From the NCBI GenBank assembly GCA_028288985.1, contig JAQGHE010000051.1, positions 1-47,265 on the forward strand: DNA of 47,265 nucleotides, given 5' to 3'. The notes under the pieces are model-generated. The model ran no database searches, was not told where the DNA came from, and worked only from the letters and a program-made list of their open reading frames with translations. Shown piece after piece: positions 25,205 through 32,480 of this stretch (positions are counted from its first letter, which is position 1; each line of letters starts with the position of its first letter). The position numbers and the translations under genes are program-made. Origin of the DNA: Candidatus Saccharimonadota bacterium (GTDB taxonomy: Bacteria > Patescibacteriota > Saccharimonadia > Saccharimonadales > UBA10212).

Positions 25205-25239
25205 TTAAATAGTAGTTGGTAGTTAGCAGATGGTAGCTG

Positions 25240-25445
25240 GTGTGTTTTGGGCATAAAGGAGCCTCACCTGAGCAGATGATGTAACAAAAGTAGCGGCTTT
25301 GAGTTCCTGAAGCTGTCTGACGAATAAAGTTGCCTGCGGCAAGTTTATGAGGAGTTCTTCAGGCAAGCTACTTTTTTATCATCAGATGCATCAAGCTGAA
25401 GCGAACAGCCCAGAGTTTGGCACTACCTTGTCGGCACAAGGTGGT
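25240..25445 (-). repeat. Intergenic repeat module R, copy 3 (reverse orientation)
   Basis: The reverse complement reads ACCACCTTGTGCCGACAAGGTAGTGCCAAACTCTGGGCTGTTCGCTTCAGCTTGATGCATCTGATGATAAAAAAGTAGCTTGCC...CTCAGGTGAGGCTCCTTTATGCCCAAAACACA. It is more diverged than copies 1 and 2. Confidence 0.85.
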
Positions 25446-25451
25446 AAAAAT

Positions 25452-25892
25452 TTATTGCTGGTACAGCAACAATTCCTGCGTCCGGGTCAGCGGCATCAAT
25501 ATATGGTGGCCTATTCGCTGGTACAGCGCCGTTCCCTGATCAAGATCCTCGGCAGAAGCCAGCCTGGCAAAGGGAACCCCATAGCGACGCCTATACAATA
25601 AATTACTCTTTTTTACCCCTACGCTCAGTAAAGTACCCATAACTGTGTGCTCTTCGTAATCGCCCTGACTATCCGTGAGGTGCTTTAGATCATCGGTACC
25701 GGGTATGATCTCGCCTTCAGCTGACAGACGGGGCTGCCAATAATAGCCAGCGAAGACGGCTGTTTGATATTCTTTCCCGCTGTACAAGTAGTTGACTAAC
25801 GAACACCAGTTCTCGTCAACATTTTCCGGAATCGGCAGCATCTCCTGCGGAGCAAGCTGCGGCACGATATCCCATTTAGGTAATTCAGACAT
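25452..25892 (-). CDS. Hypothetical protein
   Basis: 146-aa ORF (MSELPKWDIVPQ...). The ATG lies 8 nt downstream of a TATACT box, so the mRNA is probably leaderless. Confidence 0.5.
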   Translation of the reverse strand: MSELPKWDIVPQLAPQEMLPIPENVDENWCSLVNYLYSGKEYQTAVFAGYYWQPRLSAEGEIIPGTDDLKHLTDSQGDYEEHTVMGTLLSVGVKKSNLLYRRRYGVPFARLASAEDLDQGTALYQRIGHHILMPLTRTQELLLYQQ

Positions 25893-25900
25893 TGCAAGAA

Positions 25901-25930
25901 AGTATAGCCTTGTTTAGCCGAAGTTAACAG
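25901..25930 (-). promoter_or_regulatory. CTGTTAACTTC-13 nt-TATACT promoter (family member 1)
   Basis: Minus strand reads CTGTTAACTTCggctaaacaaggcTATACTttcttgcaATG. Same architecture as 27793-27822 and 28212-28241. Confidence 0.55.
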
Positions 25931-25981
25931 TGCGGCATGGTAGGTGGTAGTTAGCAGATGGTAGATGGTAGGTGGTAGCTG

Positions 25982-26052
25982 GTGTGTTTTGGGCATAAAG
26001 AAGCCTCACCGTTATGGGTCCGGGCATCTATAGCCTCACCTGAGCAAGCGCG
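25982..26052 (-). repeat. Outermost right junction repeat (module S plus the R tail, reverse orientation)
   Basis: The reverse complement reads CGCGCTTGCTCAGGTGAGGCTATAGATGCCCGGACCCATAACGGTGAGGCTTCTTTATGCCCAAAACACAC. These are the same two sub-modules as 14207-14286 but in swapped order. Confidence 0.85.
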
Positions 26053-26072
26053 TCAAAGCCATCAACATTCCC

Positions 26073-26471
26073 CTAATAATCTCTTAAATCCACAACTATC
26101 CCTTCATCATCCGCAGCTTCCTGCGATAGCGGATGTACTGGAAAAGATATACCCGGCTGCCTCCATTCGCCGGCCAACATGACTGTCGCCACAACAAGAG
26201 CGGTTGCCAATTCTACCGTTTCCACTTCGGTTAAAAAAACTCTGTCTTGCGGGCCCAAGGAATAAATAGCAGTATGCTCGATGGCGTGCTGCCAGCGGCG
26301 CAGAAGTTCACCCCCATCTTGTATCCATGGTTCGTTGCTTAATTCTTGCGTGCTTTTTGCCAAGGCTATCAAGGCTTCCCTGTATTCTTCAGATTCCGGA
26401 CGCCAAAAAAGTTCATCCCAACCCTGCGGGTATAGCAACCCCTTGTATGGCTCGTCTTCTTGCATGATCAT
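26073..26471 (-). CDS. Hypothetical protein
   Basis: 132-aa ORF. No family recognised. Confidence 0.45.
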   Translation of the reverse strand: MIMQEDEPYKGLLYPQGWDELFWRPESEEYREALIALAKSTQELSNEPWIQDGGELLRRWQHAIEHTAIYSLGPQDRVFLTEVETVELATALVVATVMLAGEWRQPGISFPVHPLSQEAADDEGIVVDLRDY

Positions 26472-26573
26472 TCCTTAACCAACAAGCCAATCATCTACCT
26501 AGAAAACACCTCTCTCTAGGGTATTTATCACAAAAGACAGAAGCCTTGCAGCGGCAAGACTCTAATTAAAACT

Positions 26574-27785
26574 TTAGCGGTAGTAGTTAATGGGGTTTGA
26601 GAAAGATTCGCCTGTGGTGCAAGCACCGTCTTTATGCTCGGCCTTCAGATTCAGGTTATCTGTAAGCTGCAGTAGGATCTTGCCGGTTCCGGCGTTGCTG
26701 ATCCTCACGCTCTGGTTATCAAACTGGTAGCAATAGGTTGTGCCGGCTGATGTTTCCCCTGGTTCGCGGTTGATGGTCCCGGAGTGGACAGGCGTGAAGG
26801 CATATGTTGCCGGAGAAGTTATTTTGCCGCCGACACCCAGGATGCCGACAGCCGGGTCCAAATTATTGTGCACCAGGGATAGGTGACTGTTCCAGTCGCC
26901 CTCAGCCTGCTTGGGATCCTTCACGGCGTACCAGCCGCCCTGGAGAGTGCCGGCTTTGTCCTGGCCGATTACGCCGCAGCGCGGAGCAGCGGTCCTTTGG
27001 ATAAGCTGATACATCTGGTCTTTAGCCGAGGTGGTAAAGAAATCCAGCGGGCATACGGCATCCATATTAGTCACATAGGTACTGCTGACGTAGCCCGGGT
27101 CTTTATACCCATTCTTGTGGGCCCCAAGATCGAAAGCACCCAGTTGGGGCTTGCCGCCGACTTTGCCAAGCAGATCGCCGGCGCTGAGTTTAATATCCGT
27201 ATCGTTCATGCAGTAGAAAGTCTCCTCCCCTGCCGCCGGCTGACGGCGGTCGCAGGATGAGTCCAGGTTTTTGGAAGCGACAGCCTCCTTCAGCTTGCCC
27301 CCCAGAGTCTGGACATGCCCGAAGACGAAGTAAACGCCTTTGCAGGCCGAGAACGTCAATGCATAATCATCGGTCATCTGGACCCCTTTCAGCTTTTCGC
27401 CGGAGTGCATTATCCTTGTAATCACGATGTTACCGGGTGCAAGCAGATCAGGATGGGTGACGCTGTTTTGATCCGGATGTTTGAAGGCAAAGTACATGTG
27501 GTCTGTGGGCTGAGTGTGATCGGGAGTGTTTATCGTCCCCAATGGGACAATTTGGTCATAATCCGTCAAAGTCGTGGGTACAGTATCTAGGAAAGGCTGG
27601 TCAGAACAACTAGCCAGCGCTTTATAGTTCGGCCCGCTGCCTCCGCCTTCCGGCTGGGAGGATAATATATTCCCGACGCCCCCGCTTTTATGCATAACTG
27701 TCATGCCTATGAAGATTATCAGGCCAACCACAGCGATCAGAATTATCAGATAAAGAAGGTGGAAACCCTTCTGTTTTTTAATCAT
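26574..27785 (-). CDS. Hypothetical exported/membrane-anchored protein
   Basis: 403 aa. N-terminal TM (LLYLIILIAVVGLIIFIGMTVM), then a Cys-containing soluble domain. The ATG lies 7 nt downstream of a TATAAT box. Confidence 0.55.
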   Translation of the reverse strand: MIKKQKGFHLLYLIILIAVVGLIIFIGMTVMHKSGGVGNILSSQPEGGGSGPNYKALASCSDQPFLDTVPTTLTDYDQIVPLGTINTPDHTQPTDHMYFAFKHPDQNSVTHPDLLAPGNIVITRIMHSGEKLKGVQMTDDYALTFSACKGVYFVFGHVQTLGGKLKEAVASKNLDSSCDRRQPAAGEETFYCMNDTDIKLSAGDLLGKVGGKPQLGAFDLGAHKNGYKDPGYVSSTYVTNMDAVCPLDFFTTSAKDQMYQLIQRTAAPRCGVIGQDKAGTLQGGWYAVKDPKQAEGDWNSHLSLVHNNLDPAVGILGVGGKITSPATYAFTPVHSGTINREPGETSAGTTYCYQFDNQSVRISNAGTGKILLQLTDNLNLKAEHKDGACTTGESFSNPINYYR

Positions 27786-27792
27786 AAGCAGA

Positions 27793-27822
27793 ATTATAGT
27801 CCTGTTTATGCGAAGTTAACAG
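27793..27822 (-). promoter_or_regulatory. CTGTTAACTTC-13 nt-TATAAT promoter (family member 2)
   Basis: Minus strand reads CTGTTAACTTCgcataaacaggacTATAATtctgcttATG. Confidence 0.55.
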
Positions 27823-27849
27823 TACCGTCCGGCAAAGGGATAAAAAGTT

Positions 27850-28203
27850 TTAGCTTTCCAGCGCCTGCTGCGCCTCAAGTCCTGCCCGGATGGCTTCCAG
27901 ATGCTCCCTCATTCGCATAGCGTCAACCCTATTAATGGTGCCCTTATATGTAAGGCCATTGAGCTCTCTATCTCTCTGCTCTTGCTGGTCTAAGTTCTGG
28001 CCTTTTCCAGTTGGCACAACACCCGCAATATCACCATCTTCATCAATGAAAACATGCCCATCTACCAGGCCGACATCTATGCTCTCGAAGATTCCTATGG
28101 TGTAGTCAATTTTCGAGCCTTCACGCGCCAGTATGAGCCGAATGGTATCATCCGATAATTCGGATGGGGTCAAATGATTAGATTCACGGTACGGACGCTC
28201 CAT
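27850..28203 (-). CDS. Hypothetical protein
   Basis: 117-aa ORF. The ATG lies 8 nt downstream of a TATAAT box. Confidence 0.45.
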   Translation of the reverse strand: MERPYRESNHLTPSELSDDTIRLILAREGSKIDYTIGIFESIDVGLVDGHVFIDEDGDIAGVVPTGKGQNLDQQEQRDRELNGLTYKGTINRVDAMRMREHLEAIRAGLEAQQALES

Positions 28204-28211
28204 AATCTATG

Positions 28212-28241
28212 ATTATAACTGCTCAGAAATGAAGTTAACAG
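28212..28241 (-). promoter_or_regulatory. CTGTTAACTTC-13 nt-TATAAT promoter (family member 3)
   Basis: Minus strand reads CTGTTAACTTCatttctgagcagtTATAATcatagattATG. Confidence 0.55.
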
Positions 28242-28293
28242 CGTGTCTAGAATTTTTACATCTAATTACCCGCAAAAGTAAGAAAATAAAAAT

Positions 28294-28851
28294 ATGGATA
28301 ATATAGAACAAGCCTTTCAGAAGGTACCGCGCAGCAAATTCTTGTCGGACTATAACGACGGCGAGGCGGCACTTGATATGCCGCTGCCTATCGGTTTTGG
28401 ACAGACTAACAGCCAGCCAACTACCGTTAAATGGATGCTTGAATGGCTGGAGCCGCAGCCCGGTGATAAGGTTTTGGATATCGGCTCGGGGTCCGGCTGG
28501 ACTGCGGCCCTGCTGGCCCACCTGGTTGGGCCGAAGGGCAAAGTCTACGCTGTGGAGATAGTGCCGGAACTGGTTGAATTCGGCCGGCAAAACGCGCAGC
28601 GGCTGAACATTAGCAATGCCGAGTTTTATCAGGCGGGAGACCAATATGGACTGTCCAAGTTCGCGCCGTACGACCGCATCCTGGTAAGCGCCGCTGCATC
28701 AGAGCTGCCGGTAGAGCTGCTAGATCAATTAAAACCCGGCGGCAAGATGGTTATACCAGTTCAATCAGACATCCTGGAAATTGAAAAATTGGCAGATGAT
28801 AAATACGAGGTAAAGAGGCACCCCGGCTTTGTCTTCGTGCCGTTAGTATAG
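28294..28851 (+). CDS. pcm: Protein-L-isoaspartate O-methyltransferase
   Basis: 185 aa with GQTNSQPTTVKWMLE, VLDIGSGSGWTAALLA (SAM motif I), YDRILVSAA and GGKMVIPV. Confidence 0.8.
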   Translation: MDNIEQAFQKVPRSKFLSDYNDGEAALDMPLPIGFGQTNSQPTTVKWMLEWLEPQPGDKVLDIGSGSGWTAALLAHLVGPKGKVYAVEIVPELVEFGRQNAQRLNISNAEFYQAGDQYGLSKFAPYDRILVSAAASELPVELLDQLKPGGKMVIPVQSDILEIEKLADDKYEVKRHPGFVFVPLV

Positions 28852-28866
28852 GGCTTGAAGCCAGCC

Positions 28867-29193
28867 TTAAGGGCGTTTTATAAATTTAAAGAAGCGGCTT
28901 TCGTTGCCGTCCGCGGTTTTTTCCTGGTATAGGAACGCCAGGTTGTTCTTTTCAAACTCTTCAAAAAATTCGTCCCACGATATCTCTTCCAGATCCTCGT
29001 TATCCTGGAATTTGATGCGTAGTAAACCTACATCGGTTCCATTGCCTGTGCCGCGGACGCGGGCCGGCTTGCCACCACGCGCCTCTGCCCATTGCCGGAT
29101 CTCATCGTGATTCGTAGTTACTTCGCCTTCATCTTCATCAGCCATCCCTTCACTATCCGCCGTGGTGCAAAAAACTTCTGTTAAATCATCCAC
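28867..29193 (-). CDS. Hypothetical acidic protein
   Basis: 108-aa ORF with a GTG start. An alternative start is the internal ATG near MADEDEG. No family named with confidence. Confidence 0.45.
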   Translation of the reverse strand: MDDLTEVFCTTADSEGMADEDEGEVTTNHDEIRQWAEARGGKPARVRGTGNGTDVGLLRIKFQDNEDLEEISWDEFFEEFEKNNLAFLYQEKTADGNESRFFKFIKRP

Positions 29194-29216
29194 ACTGGCA
29201 GAGTATAATTACTCTT

Positions 29217-29462
29217 ATGGATCAACCAAGTGACATCAAACTGAATTACACTTCCCCGATTGTTATCGCCGACGGACACATCGTAGCAGTTAACGAACAG
29301 GGGGTGCCCACCCTGCTATTCTTCCAAGCCCGCGATCAGCACGAAGGCCATGTCCATGCCGACGTGGTATCTGCCGTACGCTTAAATAACCTTGAAGATT
29401 TGAAAAATCTAAGCAAAGCAATCGACGAAACGATCAAAAAACACCAGGACCGCGAACCTTAA
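29217..29462 (+). CDS. Hypothetical small protein
   Basis: 81-aa ORF. Confidence 0.4.
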   Translation: MDQPSDIKLNYTSPIVIADGHIVAVNEQGVPTLLFFQARDQHEGHVHADVVSAVRLNNLEDLKNLSKAIDETIKKHQDREP

Positions 29463-29471
29463 GTAGAGTGT

Positions 29472-29936
29472 TTAAGGATTTATGACTACTTGCGAGGCCT
29501 GGAATGTGCCACTGCTAGTAGTGCCAAAGACCACAACCGTGTCGTTAATCTTTACCTGATTGCCGCCTTGGTACTGCGTAGAGCTACTGGTCTGCACCTG
29601 ATTGCTTGCACCGTTACCGGCAATGGTAAAAGTAGAACCATTAACAGCCGTAACCGTACCGCTAAGCTGATTCTGGTTGCTGCCAGGTAAGCCTTGACCC
29701 AAAAAACGCCGTTCATGACGCGTCATGAGCCCCTGGCCGCGGCCGGGAAGACCATTAACCCCTTGCCTCTCCCGATGGCTAGCAAACATGCCTGCGAGCA
29801 GTATTACTATTACAACCAGAAGAGCCGGGACCAGCCAATTACGCCTCGACAGAGAAGTATGGTAAAAGGGCTCCTTCTCGACTCGCTTATCCGTATTATC
29901 GGTGACTGTTTTGTCTTTATCGGTATTATTAGCCAT
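29472..29936 (-). CDS. Membrane-anchored exported protein, DUF5666-like C-terminal domain
   Basis: 154 aa. One TM (WLVPALLVVIVILLAGMF), then GTVTAVNGSTFTIAG...VKINDTVVVFGT...QASQVVINP. Confidence 0.45.
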   Translation of the reverse strand: MANNTDKDKTVTDNTDKRVEKEPFYHTSLSRRNWLVPALLVVIVILLAGMFASHRERQGVNGLPGRGQGLMTRHERRFLGQGLPGSNQNQLSGTVTAVNGSTFTIAGNGASNQVQTSSSTQYQGGNQVKINDTVVVFGTTSSGTFQASQVVINP

Positions 29937-30004
29937 TTGGAAGAATCCTTTTTAAGTTAATGCCCAAATTTTAGAAAACAAATCTTAGAAATAGCTTAAA
30001 CTTA

Positions 30005-30280
30005 TCAAGAGCGGCTGTAGATACTGAGGATTAGGACGATTAAGCCCAGGGCGCGGCGGAAATAGCTGGCTCCTTGAAAAACTTCCAGCCAAGCCCAAGC
30101 GAAAAGCGCGCCAAAAGCGATAAGATCCAGTATCTGATGCGCTCTGCCATGGACCGCAATTTTTGCGGCCAGTGTGGCGGCAGCCCAAACAATAAGCGGC
30201 AAGTTAGGGGTTTGCCACACGGCAACCTGGCCGTTTTTATCTTTCAGGAATCTATCGATAAAGGCTTGAGGTTTGCTCAT
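30005..30280 (-). CDS. Hypothetical small membrane protein
   Basis: 91 aa with 3 hydrophobic segments. Its start overlaps the stop of the GH10 gene by 4 nt. Confidence 0.5.
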   Translation of the reverse strand: MSKPQAFIDRFLKDKNGQVAVWQTPNLPLIVWAAATLAAKIAVHGRAHQILDLIAFGALFAWAWLEVFQGASYFRRALGLIVLILSIYSRS

Positions 30281-31392
30281 TTTTGTTCCAGCGCTGCACG
30301 CACGCTGTAAAAGGCCGGCTTCGGTTGGTAGCGCTTATCAAACATCAGAGGCCTGGGATCTTTCAAACCGATATAGTTGTACCAAGTTTCGCTATCTGTG
30401 ATGCCAAGGTAGGCAAAGCTATGGCAAGCCTGGGATTCTATGCAGGCGCGCATCATTTCGTAATAAATTTTTGCCTGTATCTGGTCTTTATCGGCGTCAT
30501 TTGCGGGTACGCTTTCCATATTGACGTCAAATTCGGTTACGTAAACCCCTACCCCCAGATCAGCAAAGCGTTTCATATTTTTGATAACGTCGTCTTTGGT
30601 CGGGGGATAATCCCCGGCAATGTGCATCTGCATGCCAACGCCGTCGATGGGCACGCCGCGGGCCAGAGCGCCTTTGACATAGTTATACATGGCATCTGAA
30701 GTACTGTTGATGACGTCGCTATTGAAGTCGTTGAGAATCAGTTTGGAGTGAGGATCCGCCTGGCGCGCCCAAATGAAAGATTGGTCAATATAGCTTTGGT
30801 CGCCGATATGATCGGCCCACCAATCGTGCAGGCCGTAAAGGCGCTGGGCGCGGGTAAATGCTTCGTTTACCACTGTCCACTCGGCAACCTGTCCCTGATA
30901 GTGCTGGCCTACCGTCATGATGTGGTCATGAAGAATGTCTAGAAGCTCCGGCTTGCTGAAGTTGCCGCTTGTAAGCCATTTGGGCAGCCATTTTTCGTCA
31001 CCCCAAACATAGTGGTGAGCCTGCACCGGCATATTATGAGACCGGGCAAAGTTAACGACCTGATCCATTCTTTTAAAATCATAGGTTGTCCTGGTGGGCC
31101 TTAAGCCGCCATCCGTGAAGTACCAGTTTGGAGTGTTATCGGCCAGGGCAAAATCAAACTGAGAAGTCAGGATGTTGGTGTAAGGTTTGTCGCCAAGGTG
31201 GCTTGAAATAGCAAAGTTACCAAGGCTGATGTGTTTCTGGGCGGCCAGCTGCTTCAAGGGCGGCTCGGGCAGATTAGGAGTCTGGGCTTGAAGGCGCCAC
31301 GTCAGCAGCCCGATTATCAGCAGAAGTGAAGGTATAGCAATCGCTGCGTAAAGTTTTACTCGTTCTCTTTTGATGCCCTTTTTGGTTGGCAT
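30277..31392 (-). CDS. Glycoside hydrolase family 10 endo-1,4-beta-xylanase, membrane-anchored/secreted
   Basis: 371 aa. N-terminal TM/signal. WTVVNEAF carries the acid/base Glu in the NE motif, and VYVTEFDV carries the nucleophile Glu in a TE(L/F)D motif. Confidence 0.75.
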   Translation of the reverse strand: MPTKKGIKRERVKLYAAIAIPSLLLIIGLLTWRLQAQTPNLPEPPLKQLAAQKHISLGNFAISSHLGDKPYTNILTSQFDFALADNTPNWYFTDGGLRPTRTTYDFKRMDQVVNFARSHNMPVQAHHYVWGDEKWLPKWLTSGNFSKPELLDILHDHIMTVGQHYQGQVAEWTVVNEAFTRAQRLYGLHDWWADHIGDQSYIDQSFIWARQADPHSKLILNDFNSDVINSTSDAMYNYVKGALARGVPIDGVGMQMHIAGDYPPTKDDVIKNMKRFADLGVGVYVTEFDVNMESVPANDADKDQIQAKIYYEMMRACIESQACHSFAYLGITDSETWYNYIGLKDPRPLMFDKRYQPKPAFYSVRAALEQK

Positions 31393-31394
31393 GG

Positions 31395-31640
31395 TTACTG
31401 AGAACTAAGTGATTGCTGAGGATTTGCGCCGCCGCCGCTTTGAGCGCCTTCTTGCAGCCCGGACACATTGGTAGAGGTTTGGCTGCCGTCTTGGCTGACG
31501 GTTAGAGAACTGCTCTGGCCGGCAGAAGCGGATTCCCGGCCGGCCGGCTCAGGCCTGTTGGCTAAGATAATCCAAAGCAGCAGCATGGCCGTAACTAGGA
31601 TCACGATTACGATCGGCAAGCTTGTGTATTTTTTTAGCAT
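31395..31640 (-). CDS. Hypothetical small membrane-anchored protein
   Basis: 81 aa. N-terminal TM, then a Ser/Gly/Gln-rich tail. First gene of the 31640-30005 minus-strand operon. Confidence 0.45.
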   Translation of the reverse strand: MLKKYTSLPIVIVILVTAMLLLWIILANRPEPAGRESASAGQSSSLTVSQDGSQTSTNVSGLQEGAQSGGGANPQQSLSSQ

Positions 31641-31694
31641 GTTCTTATATTATCGCACGGATTTTTGAGCCGGGAAAAATCATTAAGATTATGC

Positions 31695-31723
31695 TTGTGC
31701 TGCGGATTTATACGTTGTATAAT
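31695..31723 (+). promoter_or_regulatory. Promoter TTGTGC-17 nt-TATAAT facing the ORF-free GC-rich segment
   Basis: Hexamers and spacing counted by hand. The -10 lies within the imperfect hairpin GCGGATTTATAC-gtt-GTATAATCCGC (31702-31727). Confidence 0.45.
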
Positions 31724-31774
31724 CCGCTTTATCTTTGTTGAGGCTTTACATAAAGCCTCCGAAGGAGTTTTTTG

Positions 31775-32445
31775 ACAAGTAGATACTGATCCGAGGTGAG
31801 ATATAAGTATCCGGCTTTTACGAGACTGGTATTTTTATCTCATCTCGGGGTGTTCCCATAACGCCTAGCCACTCCGTGGCCCGAGCAGTGAGACCAGCAA
31901 GGAGGCTCTTTGTGAGTCACTCTCGTGCAGGTCCCGTCTCATCCGCGTCGACGATCCCTGCCCCAGAGGCAACGATTTCGACCATCGGCACCGGCCCGAT
32001 CACGTAGACACGTCGATCGCGCTCGGCTCGCAGAACGCGTAAGCCTTCCGGCCTACGCTAAGACGACGAAGTAAAGACGGGCCTCGCTAACCGTCTGCTA
32101 GTGCAACACCTCTTCGGTGTACCACCTTTGGCAAACGCCTCAAGCTACGGTTCATGGTCCGGCGCCTGCATAAGGATGGCCTGACCAGAACGATGGTCAT
32201 GACACGAAAAACACAACCCAGCCGGACGCTTCAGAATGGTCCGACTAGGCTGCTGCCGTAAATCGGCAAAACATCAGCCGCGCTGAGCGCGGTCGTCCCG
32301 CAAGGGACAATCAGGAGACGAGGTGGGGCCCGCGTAGCTAGGGGAAGATATTTCCCGGTTCGCGGGCACCACCCGTCCTCCGCCTATTCGCCGGTAACAG
32401 TATCTACTTGTTCTTCTCATACCGCCGCGCAAGGCGGTTTTTTTA
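31775..32445 (+). ncRNA. Candidate large structured RNA (about 670 nt; class unknown)
   Basis: No ORF of 60 aa or more in any frame across 31669-32480, and stop codons are frequent in all frames despite high GC. There is a perfect 14-bp long-range pairing, ACAAGTAGATACTG (31775-31788) with CAGTATCTACTTGT (32398-32411). Nested helices and GNRA/UUCG-type loops are present. The terminator lies at 32421-32445. Confidence 0.5.
32421..32445 (+). terminator. Intrinsic terminator ACCGCC-gcgcaa-GGCGGT plus TTTTTTT
   Basis: GC stem followed by a 7-T run on the + strand. On the minus strand the run is A, so it is oriented for a + strand transcript. Confidence 0.65.
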
Positions 32446-32480
32446 TTATCTAGAATGACGAGCGGATAAACCGCAGGCTG

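Noticed and set aside
24641-25212. Long overlapping ORFs 24641-25099 (-) and 24724-25212 (+)
   Set aside because: These are alternate-frame shadows of the GC3-rich gene 24704-25075. Their products are Arg/Gly/Pro/His-rich and they cross the terminator hairpin.
13960-26060. CRISPR array as an explanation for the repeated intergenic modules
   Set aside because: The repeats are 30-260 nt long, heterogeneous, in both orientations and separated by 0.3-6 kb of gene-containing DNA. There are no short regularly spaced direct repeats and no cas genes.
31775-32445. Identification of the GC-rich ORF-free segment as RNase P RNA, tmRNA or a group II intron
   Set aside because: I could not find the GGAAAGUCC / ACAGAAxCCGGCUUA P4 elements, a tRNA-like acceptor/T-arm with a tag ORF ending in Ala-Ala-stop, or GUGYG...domain V motifs. 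Short resemblances (AGUGCAACA, UAGGCUGCU, UAACGCCU) are too brief to count.
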